Shown: positions 1-10,048 of the stretch, one piece after another
Numbering within the stretch: position 1 is the first letter of the stretch
Layout: every line of letters starts with the position of its first letter
Origin: Acidimicrobiia bacterium
Lineage (GTDB): Bacteria; Actinomycetota; Acidimicrobiia; Spongiisociales; ZC4RG35
Direction: 5' to 3'
DNA length: 64,000 nt
Assembly (NCBI GenBank): GCA_036555105.1
Contig: DATBMA010000114.1
Location: 869 to 64,868 of the forward strand
Notes under the pieces: generated by a model
The model's input: only the letters and a program-made list of their open reading frames with translations
Told to the model about the DNA's origin: nothing
Database searches by the model: none
Position numbers and translations under genes: made by a program

Positions 1-180
1 GCATCTCAGGGTTGGACAGTGCGATCGGGAACCACTTGGTGGTAAGCCCGGGGGGAGGGAAGGTGAACGTCGCCGCTTCGGAGGTGAAGGCGTAGAGAAA
101 CACCAGCAAAATTGGGACGTGCAGGAACAGCAGGACGAGGGTGGATGTCGCCTTCAACCCGAAGCCTGCCCGCTCCCTCA
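1..180 (-). CDS. ABC transporter permease, PotC-like (N-terminal part; gene runs past the window start)
   Basis: Reading the minus strand from the ATG at 178-180 gives MRERAGFGLKATSTLVLLFLHVPILLVFLYAFTSEAATFTFPPPGLTTKWF..., a typical first TM helix plus periplasmic loop of polyamine-type ABC permeases. Its ATG overlaps the TGA of the upstream permease (ATGA). It is absent from the ORF track because no stop falls inside the window. Confidence 0.55.
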
Positions 181-1119
181 TCAGAGGTTCTCGAAAGCCC
201 CGGTCCGTCTGGCGAAGGCAAGGTAGATGGCCATGATCACCATCGGGACGAAAGAAAAGGCGGCAGCCTGGGGGAGGTCGCCGGCCACCCCCTGGTAGGC
301 GTAGATGGCGAGCCCGATGAAGGGACTCGAGTTGCCGATGATCTGCGGAATGATGTAATCACCCAGAGTCAGGGCGAAGGTGAAGATCGACCCTGCCACC
401 ACGCCGGGAATCGCCAGAGGCCATATCACCTTTCTGAATGTCATCGGTCCCTTCGCCCCCAGGTCGGCCGAGGCCTCCATCAGGCTGCGGGGGATCTTCT
501 CGAGTGCGGTGACTATCGGCAGGATCATGTACGGCAGCCAGATGTACACGAACACCACGAACTGACCCAGGTAAGAGGCTGAGAGGCTGGGCCCGCCAAC
601 AACAGGGGTTGCCAGTACACCTTCGAGCAGCGCGGTGAGATTGAGCTTGGTGAGGAACCAATTGATCACGCCTTCGTTCGCCAGGATCGTCTTCCAGGCA
701 TAGACCCTGACCAAGTAGCTGGACCAGAGCGGAAGGATGACCGCCAGCACCAGCCAAGCTTTGGATCGGCCTCTGGTGTAGCGAGCGATCAGGTAGGCCA
801 ACGGGAAGGCGAGGATGGCTGCGGCAATAGTGACCGCCGCCGCCATCGCCACGGTGCGAAAAGTGGTGACCCAGTTGGCCGGGTTGCTGAGGAATCGTTT
901 CCAGGTGTCGAGTGTGAACGTGCGCTCGACCACGCCGGTGAACTCGTCGAGACGAAAGAAGCTCTGGACCAGCAGAGCGAACAACGAACCGAGATAGACG
1001 ACGATCAGCCACAGTGCGGGGGGTCCCAGCAGCAGCCCGAGCCGAAGCCGAGGGCGGCGCGCCAGACTCGCCGACAAGCGGACCGATCTCGATCTGGAGG
1101 CAGTGGCAGGAGAGGCCAT
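181..1119 (-). CDS. ABC transporter permease, PotB-like (spermidine/putrescine-type)
   Basis: 312 aa with multiple TM segments. It carries the EAA-loop motif region (...KIPRSLMEASADLGAKGPMTFRKVIWPLAIPG...) typical of PotB/PotH permeases. Confidence 0.85.
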   Translation of the reverse strand: MASPATASRSRSVRLSASLARRPRLRLGLLLGPPALWLIVVYLGSLFALLVQSFFRLDEFTGVVERTFTLDTWKRFLSNPANWVTTFRTVAMAAAVTIAAAILAFPLAYLIARYTRGRSKAWLVLAVILPLWSSYLVRVYAWKTILANEGVINWFLTKLNLTALLEGVLATPVVGGPSLSASYLGQFVVFVYIWLPYMILPIVTALEKIPRSLMEASADLGAKGPMTFRKVIWPLAIPGVVAGSIFTFALTLGDYIIPQIIGNSSPFIGLAIYAYQGVAGDLPQAAAFSFVPMVIMAIYLAFARRTGAFENL

Positions 1120-1129
1120 GGGGGTGGAA

Positions 1130-1158
1130 CGGGGGGGCGGGGAAACCCGCCCCCCCGG
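1130..1158 (-). promoter_or_regulatory. Intercistronic GC-rich stem-loop between the substrate-binding-protein gene and the permease genes
   Basis: cgggggggcgggg-aaa-cccgcccccccgg: an inverted repeat of about 11 bp made only of G/C with an AAA loop. It lies in the 45 bp gap between the potD-like stop (1165) and the potB-like start (1119) on the transcribed minus strand. Confidence 0.5.
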
Positions 1159-1164
1159 TTCAAC

Positions 1165-2346
1165 TCATTGTCCGCCCAGGATGGCGGTGTACGTACTCAC
1201 CCATTGCGAGTAGGGCACGCACTCCCCGCCCATGCCGAAGCAGTCGGCCTGCGGGGTTTTCCAGAACGCGATCTTGTCGAAGCTGTCGAATCCGTTCGTG
1301 GCGCAGCCCGTGTCGGTGAGCAGTTCATTTCCGGTGCACGCAGCCGGTACCGATGGGACCGCTCCGAACCAGGCAGCGACATCACCCTGCACTTTCGGAT
1401 CCAGCGAGTGCTCCATCCACTTGTATGCACAATTGGGGTGCTGCGACTGCGAGTGCAGCATGGTGGTGTCGGCCCAGGCCGTCACGCCTTCGGAGGGAAA
1501 CACGCTCGCTATCGGCTCCCCCGCCGCTTGCAACAAGTTCACCTGGAACGGCCACGACGACGAAGCAACCACACCCTCGTTCGTAATGTCATCCATGTGG
1601 ATCGTGGTGTCATGCCAGTACCGGAAAGCGAGCTCGCGCTGGCCCTGCAGCAACGTCTTCACCGCCGCGAACTGATCGGCAGTGAGGGCGTAGGGGTCGT
1701 CAATGCCGAGGGATGGGTCCTTGGCCTTTAGGTAGAGAGCCCCGTCTGCGATTGCGATGGCGCCGTCGTACGCCTCGATCCTTCCGGCGTTCGACTGGCC
1801 GTCTCCAAGGGTCTGCTCCTCGAAGATCACGCTCCAACTGGTAGGTGCCTCGGTGAACACCTCGGTGTTGTACAGGAGCACATTGGCGCCCCATACATAC
1901 GGAGTGCCGTAGTGCTTGCCATCCACGGTGTGCCAGGGGGCGTCCTTGAGCCGGTCATCAACGGTTCCGTAACTGGGGATGAGGTCGATGTTGACTTCCT
2001 GCACCGTCCCGCCCTTGATCAGTCGGAGGGAGGCATCCCCGGAGGCGGTGACGAGATCGTACTGGCCCCCACCTTCGGTCATCAGCGACACCATTTCGTC
2101 GGATGTGCCGGCTACCTTGACTGAGACCTTGCATCCGGTTTCATCTTCGAATCCGGTCACCCAGTCGTATTCCGGATAGCCCGGCGTCTCGCCTCTCTCG
2201 ATATAGCCCGCCCAGGCGACGATGCTCAGTGCACCCTCGCCGTCACCCACCTCGGTGAGCGGGCCCTCTGTCTCGCCGCCGCCCGAAGTGCAGGCGGCCG
2301 CCAGGACGGCCATCACGCTCAATGTGGCGAATCTCCTCTTGTTCAT
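1165..2346 (-). CDS. ABC transporter substrate-binding lipoprotein, PotD/PotF family
   Basis: Start chosen at MNKRRFATLSVMAVLAAAC (signal peptide plus lipobox Cys). A GGAGGAGG Shine-Dalgarno lies 10 nt upstream on the coding strand. The body matches spermidine/putrescine-binding proteins (...GTPYVWGANVLLYNTEVF...). Its ATG overlaps the potA-like stop (ATGA). Confidence 0.85.
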   Translation of the reverse strand: MNKRRFATLSVMAVLAAACTSGGGETEGPLTEVGDGEGALSIVAWAGYIERGETPGYPEYDWVTGFEDETGCKVSVKVAGTSDEMVSLMTEGGGQYDLVTASGDASLRLIKGGTVQEVNIDLIPSYGTVDDRLKDAPWHTVDGKHYGTPYVWGANVLLYNTEVFTEAPTSWSVIFEEQTLGDGQSNAGRIEAYDGAIAIADGALYLKAKDPSLGIDDPYALTADQFAAVKTLLQGQRELAFRYWHDTTIHMDDITNEGVVASSSWPFQVNLLQAAGEPIASVFPSEGVTAWADTTMLHSQSQHPNCAYKWMEHSLDPKVQGDVAAWFGAVPSVPAACTGNELLTDTGCATNGFDSFDKIAFWKTPQADCFGMGGECVPYSQWVSTYTAILGGQ

Positions 2347-3407
2347 TCGGGGGTCTCCTCCTCCGTTGTGACCTCTTCCTGCTCCGCGTCGGCCAGCGGC
2401 CGGCACGAATCCTTGCTCCAGCTCAACCTGACCGCCCTGCCCACCATCTCGCCCAGGTCACGATGGCCGATCTCGAGGTTCTGACTTGCAACCTCGAGCA
2501 AGGTGTCTTCGACCTCGACCTGGTATCGGCTGTACATGCCCAGGTAGAGGGCCTCCTTCACCGTCCCATCGACGGTCACCTCGTCCGCGCCGGGCATGCG
2601 GTCGCGTGACGTGAGCCGTATCTTCTCGGGACGCACGGTAAACGCACGGCTCGAGCCGCGTATGGAAGCTGCCAGCTCTCCCGTGATGAGGTTGGAGGTG
2701 CCGACGAACCCGGCGACGAATGAATTGCGCGGGCTCTCATAGACCTCGGCCGGTGTCCCGATCTGCTCGACCCGCCCATGGCTGAAAACAGCCATACGGT
2801 CGCTCATTGTGAGGGCCTCTTCCTGATCGTGGGTGACGAAGACGAAGGTGATGCCAACCTCTCGATGTAGTGACTTGAGCTCGATCTGCATCGCCTGACG
2901 GAGCTTGAGGTCGAGGGCTCCCAACGGCTCGTCCAACAGGAGCACTGACGGCCGGTTGATCAGGGCACGGGCCAGGGCGACTCGTTGACGCTGGCCGCCC
3001 GAGAGCTGGCTCGGCCTGCGCTCGCCGAAACCGCCCAGTCGCACGAGATCGAGTGCCTCGGCCACGCGCTCGGCGCGTTCTCGCCCCTCCACACCCTTGA
3101 CCATCAGGCCGTAGGCGACGTTCTCCGCCACGTTCATGTGCGGAAATAGCGCATAGTCCTGGAAGACCGTGTTGACGTCTCGCTCGTACGGCGCCTGCCC
3201 GGTCACGTCTTGTCCGTGCAGGAGAATCCGCCCGACGGTCGGCTGTTCGAAGCCGGCGATCATTCGCAGGCAGGTGGTCTTGCCGGAGCCCGACGGCCCT
3301 AGCATCGAGAAGAACTCGCCGTCGAGGATCTCCATTTCCACGTTTTCGACGGCACGGACCGAACCGAAGTCCTTGCTCACCTCCTCGAAAACGACGGCTG
3401 TGGTCAT
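2343..3407 (-). CDS. ABC transporter ATP-binding protein, PotA-like
   Basis: Walker A GPSGSGKTT, signature LSGGQRQRVALARAL, Walker B LLLDEP, and a C-terminal TOBE-like domain. It is the first gene of a potA-D-B-C operon on the minus strand. Confidence 0.9.
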   Translation of the reverse strand: MTTAVVFEEVSKDFGSVRAVENVEMEILDGEFFSMLGPSGSGKTTCLRMIAGFEQPTVGRILLHGQDVTGQAPYERDVNTVFQDYALFPHMNVAENVAYGLMVKGVEGRERAERVAEALDLVRLGGFGERRPSQLSGGQRQRVALARALINRPSVLLLDEPLGALDLKLRQAMQIELKSLHREVGITFVFVTHDQEEALTMSDRMAVFSHGRVEQIGTPAEVYESPRNSFVAGFVGTSNLITGELAASIRGSSRAFTVRPEKIRLTSRDRMPGADEVTVDGTVKEALYLGMYSRYQVEVEDTLLEVASQNLEIGHRDLGEMVGRAVRLSWSKDSCRPLADAEQEEVTTEEETPE

Positions 3408-3467
3408 TAGGCCGGGGGAGTGTATGCGGGGTCTTCCCTCCCGAGCCTGGCTGGAGAAGGGGTTGTC

Positions 3468-5435
3468 TCAGTCGCCTGCCCTGGTCACCACCACCAGGGT
3501 CTGACCGGCTTCGACCTGGGATCCCTGCGAGATCTGAACCTGCGAAACCACACCGGCGTGGGGAGAGCGGAGGCTGTGCTCCATCTTCATGGCCTCGATC
3601 ACGACCAGCACCTGGCCCTCTTCGACCTCTGCCCCATCCTCGGTCAGGACCCGGGCGATCCTGCCCGGCATCGGCGAGATCAGGGAGCCTGGCGCGTCGA
3701 TCGAGGTCGGGTCGGGAAACCGTGGTTCTTCGATCAGCCGGCTGTAACCGCTCGGACCGTCGACGTGGTGCACGAGCCCTGATCGAGATACCTCGTATGA
3801 CCGTAAGAGCCCGTCGAGTTCCAAACCGACCCTGTCCGGGGTGAGGCCGCGCAGGGACGGTCCCTCCCACGGCACCCGATCTACCTCGATCTCCACCGTG
3901 CCGTTGGGCCGGAACAGGTAGCCGACTTCGGTCGGGCCGTGGGCCCCGGCAAACGACACCCGCTGGGGCTGGCTCGGGTTGTTGCGCCACCCACTTGGGA
4001 ACCTGGAGCCGAACGCCCGCCCGGCCTGCGCGCAGATGGCGGCCGCCACCGCCGCCATCTGCTCCTCCTCTCGATCAGGGAGTGGAGCCGCGAGGTCGGC
4101 GATCGGTTGCCGCTCCAGGAATCCGATGTCAACTCGTCCTGCCTTGAAATCAGGGTGGCGAAGGAGGCGCACCAGCAGATCCCGGTTGGTGGCAGGCCCG
4201 TGGATCCTCGTCCGCTCGAGGCTCGCCACCAACAGCGCAGCCGCCTCGGCCCGGCTCGGAGCCCAGGCGATCAGCTTGGCCACCATCGAGTCATAGAACG
4301 TCGATTGCTCCGATCCGTCCTCGATGGCGGAGTCAACCCGAAGCCCCGAAGCCTCCGGCACCTGGAAGCGCTCGAACCTGCCGAAAGAGGGGACAAAGCC
4401 ATGGAGAGGATCCTCTGCATATAGCCGCGCCTCGATGGCGTGCCCGAACGGCTCCGGATCGAGCGCCTCCTCCGGCAATGGCTGCCCCGCAGCCACCAGC
4501 AATTGCAGCCGCACCAGGTCGAGGCCGGTGGTCTCCTCGGTGACGCCATGCTCGACCTGCAAACGGGTGTTCACCTCCAGGAACCAGAAGTCCTTCCCCG
4601 CGAGGAGGAACTCGACGGTCCCTGCCCCGACGTAGCGGGCTGCTCTGGCCACTGCCACCGCCGCCTCCCCCATCTGCGCTCGGAGGCCGTCGTCGATGGC
4701 CGGTGACGGCGACTCCTCTATGAGCTTCTGAAAGCGGCGTTGGAGGGAGCATTCGCGCTCGCCCAGAGACACCACGTTGCCGTGGAGGTCGGCCATGACC
4801 TGGATCTCCACGTGCCGGCTCCCGGTCAGCCCCTTCTCGAGGAAGAGGCTGCCATCACCGAACGCTGCCGCGGCTTCAGATGACGCTCCCTCCACTTCCG
4901 CCGCCAACTGGGAGGGGTCGTCGATCAGCCGCATCCCCCGCCCGCCTCCCCCGGCCACTGCTTTGATCAGGATCGGATAGCCGAGGCGGTTCGCCTCCGA
5001 TTGCAGAGCCTCACCGGCGAGGTCTTTCGACGACACCGAAGGGAGGGATCGAACCCCCGCGGAGTCGGCTATCTCCTTCGCTCTCAGCTTCGATCCGAGG
5101 GTGGCGATGACTTCCGGGGGAGGTCCGACCCAGATGAGCCCGGCCTCGATGACGGCTCGGGCAAAGGCCGGGCTCTCGGCAAGGAAGCCGTATCCAGGAT
5201 GAACCGCATCTGCTCCGGTCCTCCTGGCCCCCTCGATGATCCTGTCCACCGCCAGGTAGGACTCCGATGGAAGTCCCCCACCAAGGCGATAGGCGAAATC
5301 GGCCTCTGTCACGAACCTCGAGCCGGCGTCGGCGTCCGAATACACGGCAATTGGGACGATCCCCATCTCCCGGCAGGTGCGAAAGATGCGGCGGGCGATC
5401 TCGCCTCGATTGGCGACCAGCAGGCGCTCGATCAC
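3468..5435 (-). CDS. Acyl-CoA carboxylase alpha subunit (biotin carboxylase + biotin carboxyl carrier domain)
   Basis: N-terminus MIERLLVANRGEIARRI matches the biotin carboxylase N-terminus. ATP-grasp core is present, and the C-terminal biotinyl domain has EAMKME. Confidence 0.9.
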   Translation of the reverse strand: MIERLLVANRGEIARRIFRTCREMGIVPIAVYSDADAGSRFVTEADFAYRLGGGLPSESYLAVDRIIEGARRTGADAVHPGYGFLAESPAFARAVIEAGLIWVGPPPEVIATLGSKLRAKEIADSAGVRSLPSVSSKDLAGEALQSEANRLGYPILIKAVAGGGGRGMRLIDDPSQLAAEVEGASSEAAAAFGDGSLFLEKGLTGSRHVEIQVMADLHGNVVSLGERECSLQRRFQKLIEESPSPAIDDGLRAQMGEAAVAVARAARYVGAGTVEFLLAGKDFWFLEVNTRLQVEHGVTEETTGLDLVRLQLLVAAGQPLPEEALDPEPFGHAIEARLYAEDPLHGFVPSFGRFERFQVPEASGLRVDSAIEDGSEQSTFYDSMVAKLIAWAPSRAEAAALLVASLERTRIHGPATNRDLLVRLLRHPDFKAGRVDIGFLERQPIADLAAPLPDREEEQMAAVAAAICAQAGRAFGSRFPSGWRNNPSQPQRVSFAGAHGPTEVGYLFRPNGTVEIEVDRVPWEGPSLRGLTPDRVGLELDGLLRSYEVSRSGLVHHVDGPSGYSRLIEEPRFPDPTSIDAPGSLISPMPGRIARVLTEDGAEVEEGQVLVVIEAMKMEHSLRSPHAGVVSQVQISQGSQVEAGQTLVVVTRAGD

Positions 5436-5442
5436 ACCTGCC

Positions 5443-7044
5443 TCACATCCTGAACACGCCGAACCGGTCGGTCCCCACCACCGGTGCCGAATGAACCGCG
5501 GAAAGAGCGATCCCGAGCGCCGTGCGGGTTTGGCGAGGATCGATCAGGCCGTCATCCCGGACGCGGGCGGTGGAGAAGTAGGCCTGCTCCTCGTAGCCGA
5601 TCTGCCCCTCGATCGCCTCGGTGCGACGAGCATCTTCCTCCTCGTCGAATTCGCGGCCCGACTCGGCGGCAGCAGAGCGGGCGATGATCGACATGACCCC
5701 GGCCAGCTGGCGCGGCCCCATCACCGCCACCTTGTGGCCAGGCCAGCCGAAAACGAATCGCGGGTTGTACGAGCGCCCAGACATCCCGTAATTGCCGGCC
5801 CCGTAGGACACACCGGCCATCAACGCCAGGTGTGGCACGGCCGAGTTGGCGACGGCATTGATCATCTTCGCCCCGTCTTTGATGATCCCCGCCTGCTCGT
5901 AGTCCCGGCCGACCATGTATCCGGTGGTGTTGTGGACGAAGAGGATCGGCTGGTCGTAGCGGTTGCACAATTGGATGAACTCGGTGGCTTTCTGGGCCTC
6001 GGCCGAAAAGATCACTCCTTGTTGGTTCGCCACCACCCCGATCGGGAAACCGTGGACGGAGCCCCAACCCGTGAGCATCGAAGGGCCATAGAGCGGCTTG
6101 TACTCCTCGAAGCGAGAGCCATCGAGCACCCGTCCCAAGACCTCGCGCATGTCGAAGGGCACCCGCAGGTCGGCCGGTATCAGCCCGAGCAGGTCTTCGA
6201 GGTCGTGAACCGGCTCATCGGCAGGCTGGGTCGGTCCGTAGCCGAGTTTGCGCCAGTTCAGATGTCCGATGATCTGGCGCCCGATGCGGATGGCGTCGAG
6301 CTCGTCCTCGGCGAAGTAGTCGGAAAGGCCGGAGATCCGGGAGTGCATCTCCGCCCCACCCAGCTCCTCGTCTGTCGACTCCTCCCCGGTGGCCATCTTG
6401 ACCAAAGGCGGCCCTCCCAAGAACACCTTGGCCTGGCCTTTCACCATCACCGCGTAATCGCACATCGCCGGCACATATGCCCCACCGGCCGTCGAGCTGC
6501 CGAACACCAGGGCCACCGTCGGGATCCCGAGGCGGGACAGCTGGGTCAGGTTCCTGAACCACTTACCCCCGCTGATGAAGACCTCGGCCTGGTCTGGGAG
6601 GTCGGCCCCGCCCGACTCGACCAGGTTGATCAGAGGGAGCCGGTTCTCCCTGGCGATGTCCTGGGCGCGCAGGGTCTTCGCCAGCGAGTAGCGATTCGAT
6701 GAGCCCGCCTGGCTGGTGGGGTCGTTGGCGGAGAGCACGCACTCAACTCCATTCACAACCCCGATCCCGGTGACGGCATTGGCTCCGAGGTTCTTGTCCG
6801 TCCCCCAGGCTGCGAGGGTGGACAGCTCGAGGAAGTAGCTATCGGGGTCGAGGAGGAGCTCGATTCGCTCCCGTGCGAGCAGCTTGCCGCGGCGGTGATG
6901 GCGCTCCACGTATTTCTCTCCACCTCCCATCCGAGCAGCCGCTTGGAGCTGTTCGAATTCGGCGAGCTTTTCCAACATGGCCGATCGATTGGCCTGGAAT
7001 TCGGGTGCGCTGCGATCGATGCGGGTGGGGAGGGTTGGCATCAC
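5443..7044 (-). CDS. Acyl-CoA carboxylase beta subunit (carboxyltransferase; propionyl/methylcrotonyl-CoA carboxylase type)
   Basis: 533 aa carboxyl transferase with N- and C-terminal crotonase-fold halves. It lies immediately upstream of the alpha subunit on the same strand. Confidence 0.9.
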   Translation of the reverse strand: MMPTLPTRIDRSAPEFQANRSAMLEKLAEFEQLQAAARMGGGEKYVERHHRRGKLLARERIELLLDPDSYFLELSTLAAWGTDKNLGANAVTGIGVVNGVECVLSANDPTSQAGSSNRYSLAKTLRAQDIARENRLPLINLVESGGADLPDQAEVFISGGKWFRNLTQLSRLGIPTVALVFGSSTAGGAYVPAMCDYAVMVKGQAKVFLGGPPLVKMATGEESTDEELGGAEMHSRISGLSDYFAEDELDAIRIGRQIIGHLNWRKLGYGPTQPADEPVHDLEDLLGLIPADLRVPFDMREVLGRVLDGSRFEEYKPLYGPSMLTGWGSVHGFPIGVVANQQGVIFSAEAQKATEFIQLCNRYDQPILFVHNTTGYMVGRDYEQAGIIKDGAKMINAVANSAVPHLALMAGVSYGAGNYGMSGRSYNPRFVFGWPGHKVAVMGPRQLAGVMSIIARSAAAESGREFDEEEDARRTEAIEGQIGYEEQAYFSTARVRDDGLIDPRQTRTALGIALSAVHSAPVVGTDRFGVFRM

Positions 7045-7114
7045 GAATGCACGGCGGGGCAGTCGATGACCAGCGATCGCACACCCGACCTTCGCATGGG
7101 GCGGAGGTTATACG

Positions 7115-7687
7115 GTGGCTAGGTTGGCCGACATGGGCCGGCCCGAATCGCTGCCGTGGACCGAGGACGAGCAGGCCAACCGCCTGCTGGCCGGCAGCGG
7201 CCTCGCCCTCCTCATCGGCATGCTGCTCGACCAACAGTTCCCGATGGAGCGAGCCTTCTTCGGCCCCTACCTCCTATCCACTCGCCTCGGTGCGCCGTTG
7301 GACGCCGCAGCTCTGGCCCGCCATGACCCCGAGGACCTGGCAGAGGTCTTTCGCGGCCCACCCGCGATCCATCGTTACCCGGCCTCGATGGCGGCGAGGA
7401 CGCAGGAGGTGTGCGCCGCCATCGTGACGGATTACGACGGCCGAGCCGAGAACTTGTGGGAGACGGCCGATACCGGCGACGAGCTCTACCGGAGGTTGCG
7501 GGCGCTGCCCGGATTCGGCGAGGCCAAGAGCCGGATCTTCGTCGGGGTGCTCGGCAAGAGGCTGGGGGTCACTCCTCCCGGGTGGGAGGAGCGGGCCGCC
7601 GACTGGGCTTCGATCGCAGATGTGGCTGCCTGGGAGGACATCTTCACCCTCCGTGAGAAGAAAAAGGCCGCCAAGAGAACTACCTAG
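7115..7687 (+). CDS. HhH-GPD family protein (putative base-excision-repair-like)
   Basis: 190 aa resembling the short actinobacterial HhH-GPD proteins. It is divergent from the carboxylase operon across a 70 bp gap. Confidence 0.5.
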   Translation: MARLADMGRPESLPWTEDEQANRLLAGSGLALLIGMLLDQQFPMERAFFGPYLLSTRLGAPLDAAALARHDPEDLAEVFRGPPAIHRYPASMAARTQEVCAAIVTDYDGRAENLWETADTGDELYRRLRALPGFGEAKSRIFVGVLGKRLGVTPPGWEERAADWASIADVAAWEDIFTLREKKKAAKRTT

Positions 7688-7774
7688 CCGGGTATGCCGA
7701 GCGGCCGGAGGCCCCTCGGCTCAACTTCTGGGCCCGACTGCCGATACAGAAGCACTAGTGGTGTGGAGGGCCAC

Positions 7775-8554
7775 ATGATCCTTTCCGGCAGCCTGAGCGA
7801 CTGGAGCGTCCCTGAACTGCTCCAGATCATGCGGGTAACCGACAAAACCGCGACGCTCAGGGTGGAAGGCCCCCGATCCGGCGTGGTCAGCTTCCTGTCG
7901 GGTGCGATCGCCGGCGGCCGGGTGTCCGGCCTCCAGGCCTCGAACGACTCCAGGCAGGGGGCCATCGACGCGGTCTACTTCCTCCATGACGCCCAGGAGG
8001 GCTCGTTCTTCGTCGGCAATGCCGAGGCCGAGGAAGGCGACACGGTCTTCAGCGTCGAGGAGATCCTGGCCGAGGTCGGCCACCTTCGTGATCTGGAGGC
8101 CGACGTCGGCCGGTTGGGTGCCAAGGAGGACTCGGTGCTCACACTGGTCACCTCTCCCGGCGGCGCGGTGACACTCGACCCTCGAGACTGGGATGCGCTG
8201 GCCGCACTGGTGCCGGGCTTCACGATGGACGACCTCAGTGCCAGCGGCGGTCGCAGCAAGGCCCTTCAAGTCGTCCACGCCCTCCTCCAGCGCGGGCTGG
8301 TCGAAGTCGGTGCTGCCCGGCCCGAGGGTGAGCCCTCGCCGGTCCGCGACCGCCTCGGTGAGGCGCCCCTCGAGAAGGCGGTCGATCTGAGCACGGACAT
8401 CCCGGTACAGCCCGATCCGCGTGCCCAGGGCGAAGAGACCGATGACGACACCCACCGACTGCGCCGAGGGGTCGCCTCCAACCCTTCGACGACTCTGGTC
8501 AGCGGTGTGCTTGACGAGATGAGGCGCCTCCGCACCTCCAGCGGCGGCAACTGA
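7775..8554 (+). CDS. DUF4388 domain protein (receiver-like N-terminal domain)
   Basis: N-terminus MILSGSLSDWSVPELLQIMRVTDKTATLRV is characteristic of DUF4388. Start taken at the internal ATG, 27 codons into the track ORF. Confidence 0.5.
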   Translation: MILSGSLSDWSVPELLQIMRVTDKTATLRVEGPRSGVVSFLSGAIAGGRVSGLQASNDSRQGAIDAVYFLHDAQEGSFFVGNAEAEEGDTVFSVEEILAEVGHLRDLEADVGRLGAKEDSVLTLVTSPGGAVTLDPRDWDALAALVPGFTMDDLSASGGRSKALQVVHALLQRGLVEVGAARPEGEPSPVRDRLGEAPLEKAVDLSTDIPVQPDPRAQGEETDDDTHRLRRGVASNPSTTLVSGVLDEMRRLRTSSGGN

Positions 8555-8585
8555 AGCTGAGATCGGCAGGGGTTATCGTCGGCTG

Positions 8586-9245
8586 GTGCCGGCGTCCCCC
8601 GTTGGTTGGAGCCCGGGCAACCCGCTTTTCATAGGGATCGCCGGGGGCTCAGGCTCGGGCAAGACCACCATCGCCGAGGCGGTCACCGCCGCGATCCCGG
8701 GCGTGACCATCATCCAGCACGACTCCTATTACCGCCACCTGCCCGACATGAGCCTTGAGGATCGGGCCAGGGTCAACTACGACCATCCGGCCTCACTCGA
8801 GACCGAGTTGCTGGTGGCCCACCTGCAGGCGCTGCGTGCCGGCGTCGGATTCCACCGGCCCGTCTATGACTTCACCCTGCATCTGCGATCCGAGGACACA
8901 GTTCAGGTGGAGCCGGCCCCCGTACTCATCGTCGAAGGCATCCTGGTCCTCTCCGAGCCCGGGCTGAGGTCAATGTTCGACCTCAAGATCTTCGTCGACA
9001 CCGACTCAGACATCCGGCTCGGGCGGCGCCTCGAACGTGACATCGCCGAGCGCGGGCGCAGTGTCACATCGGTGCTCGAGCAGTACTTCCAGACGGTTCG
9101 GCCGATGCACATCGAGTTCGTGGAGCCTTCCAAGCGGCATGCCGACATGATCATCCCCGAGGGCTACAACCCAGGCGCGGTGGCGATGGTCGTTGAGGTC
9201 ATCAGGTCCCGCCTTCAGCACCCTTCCATATACTCGACCCCATGA
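8586..9245 (+). CDS. udk: Uridine kinase
   Basis: P-loop GIAGGSGSGKTT, and high similarity to Udk across its full length. Its stop overlaps the proC start (ATGA). Confidence 0.85.
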   Translation: MPASPVGWSPGNPLFIGIAGGSGSGKTTIAEAVTAAIPGVTIIQHDSYYRHLPDMSLEDRARVNYDHPASLETELLVAHLQALRAGVGFHRPVYDFTLHLRSEDTVQVEPAPVLIVEGILVLSEPGLRSMFDLKIFVDTDSDIRLGRRLERDIAERGRSVTSVLEQYFQTVRPMHIEFVEPSKRHADMIIPEGYNPGAVAMVVEVIRSRLQHPSIYSTP

Positions 9246-10048
9246 GTGGTCCCACCGTGGCGATCCTCGGCGTCGGTGCAATCGGCGAGGCCATGCTGCG
9301 CAGGCTTTTGAAGGCGGGTTGGACATCCGACGAGATCTCAGGCAGTGCTCGTCGCCAGGACCGAGCCAGGCAAATCGAGGCGGCAACCGGCTGCCAGATC
9401 CACCTGGACCCGCTCGACGCGATCAAGGGCCGCCAGGTGGTGGTGATCGCCGTCAAGCCCCGCGACGTTCCCGCCCTCTTGCCCGCCTTGGCGGGATCGG
9501 TCGAGCCGGACCAGGTCATCCTCTCGGTGGCGGCAGGAGTGCCTACCACCACCTTCGAGGCGGCCCTGGGTGAGTGCCAGGTCGTGCGAGCCATGCCCAA
9601 CACCCCCGCATTGGTTGGCGAGGGCGTCACCGGCGTCGCGGCCGGGAGCAATGTGTCGAGTGAGGCCCTGGCCGCGGCGGTGTCCGTGCTGGAGGCGGTT
9701 GGTCACGTTCAGGTCATGGACGAGACCCTCCTCGACGCGGTCACCGCGGTCTCGGGCACGGGCCCGGCCTATGTGTTCCTGCTGGCCGAGGCCCTCACCG
9801 AGGCCGCGATCAGAGAGGGCCTATCCAGGGACATTGCCGAGTCATTCGTCCACCAGACCATTCGCGGCTCGGGTCACCTGCTCACCGAGACCGGCAAGGG
9901 GCCTTCAGAGCTGAGGGCGCAAGTGACCTCACCCGGAGGTACCACCGCCGCGGCGGTCCACGTGCTCGAGGAGCGCGGCTTCAGGGCACTGGTGGAGGAC
10001 GCCGTGAGGGCAGCCGCCCAGCGCTCGCGTGAGTTGGGAGGCGGGTGA
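9242..10048 (+). CDS. proC: Pyrroline-5-carboxylate reductase
   Basis: NADP Rossmann motif VAILGVGAIGEAM, and the conserved C-terminal TSPGGTT dimerisation motif of ProC. Confidence 0.9.
   Translation: MSGPTVAILGVGAIGEAMLRRLLKAGWTSDEISGSARRQDRARQIEAATGCQIHLDPLDAIKGRQVVVIAVKPRDVPALLPALAGSVEPDQVILSVAAGVPTTTFEAALGECQVVRAMPNTPALVGEGVTGVAAGSNVSSEALAAAVSVLEAVGHVQVMDETLLDAVTAVSGTGPAYVFLLAEALTEAAIREGLSRDIAESFVHQTIRGSGHLLTETGKGPSELRAQVTSPGGTTAAAVHVLEERGFRALVEDAVRAAAQRSRELGGG

Noticed and set aside
2737-3990. Long arginine-rich antisense or overlapping ORFs. Examples: 2737-3990(-), 5377-6702(+), 16756-18039(-), 22583-24652(-), 16893-17885(+), 35207-36529 overlaps, 53965-54987(+).
   Set aside because: They lie in alternative frames of clearly assigned genes. 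They have Arg/Pro/Gly-rich composition with no domain signatures. This is typical of high-GC frame artefacts.
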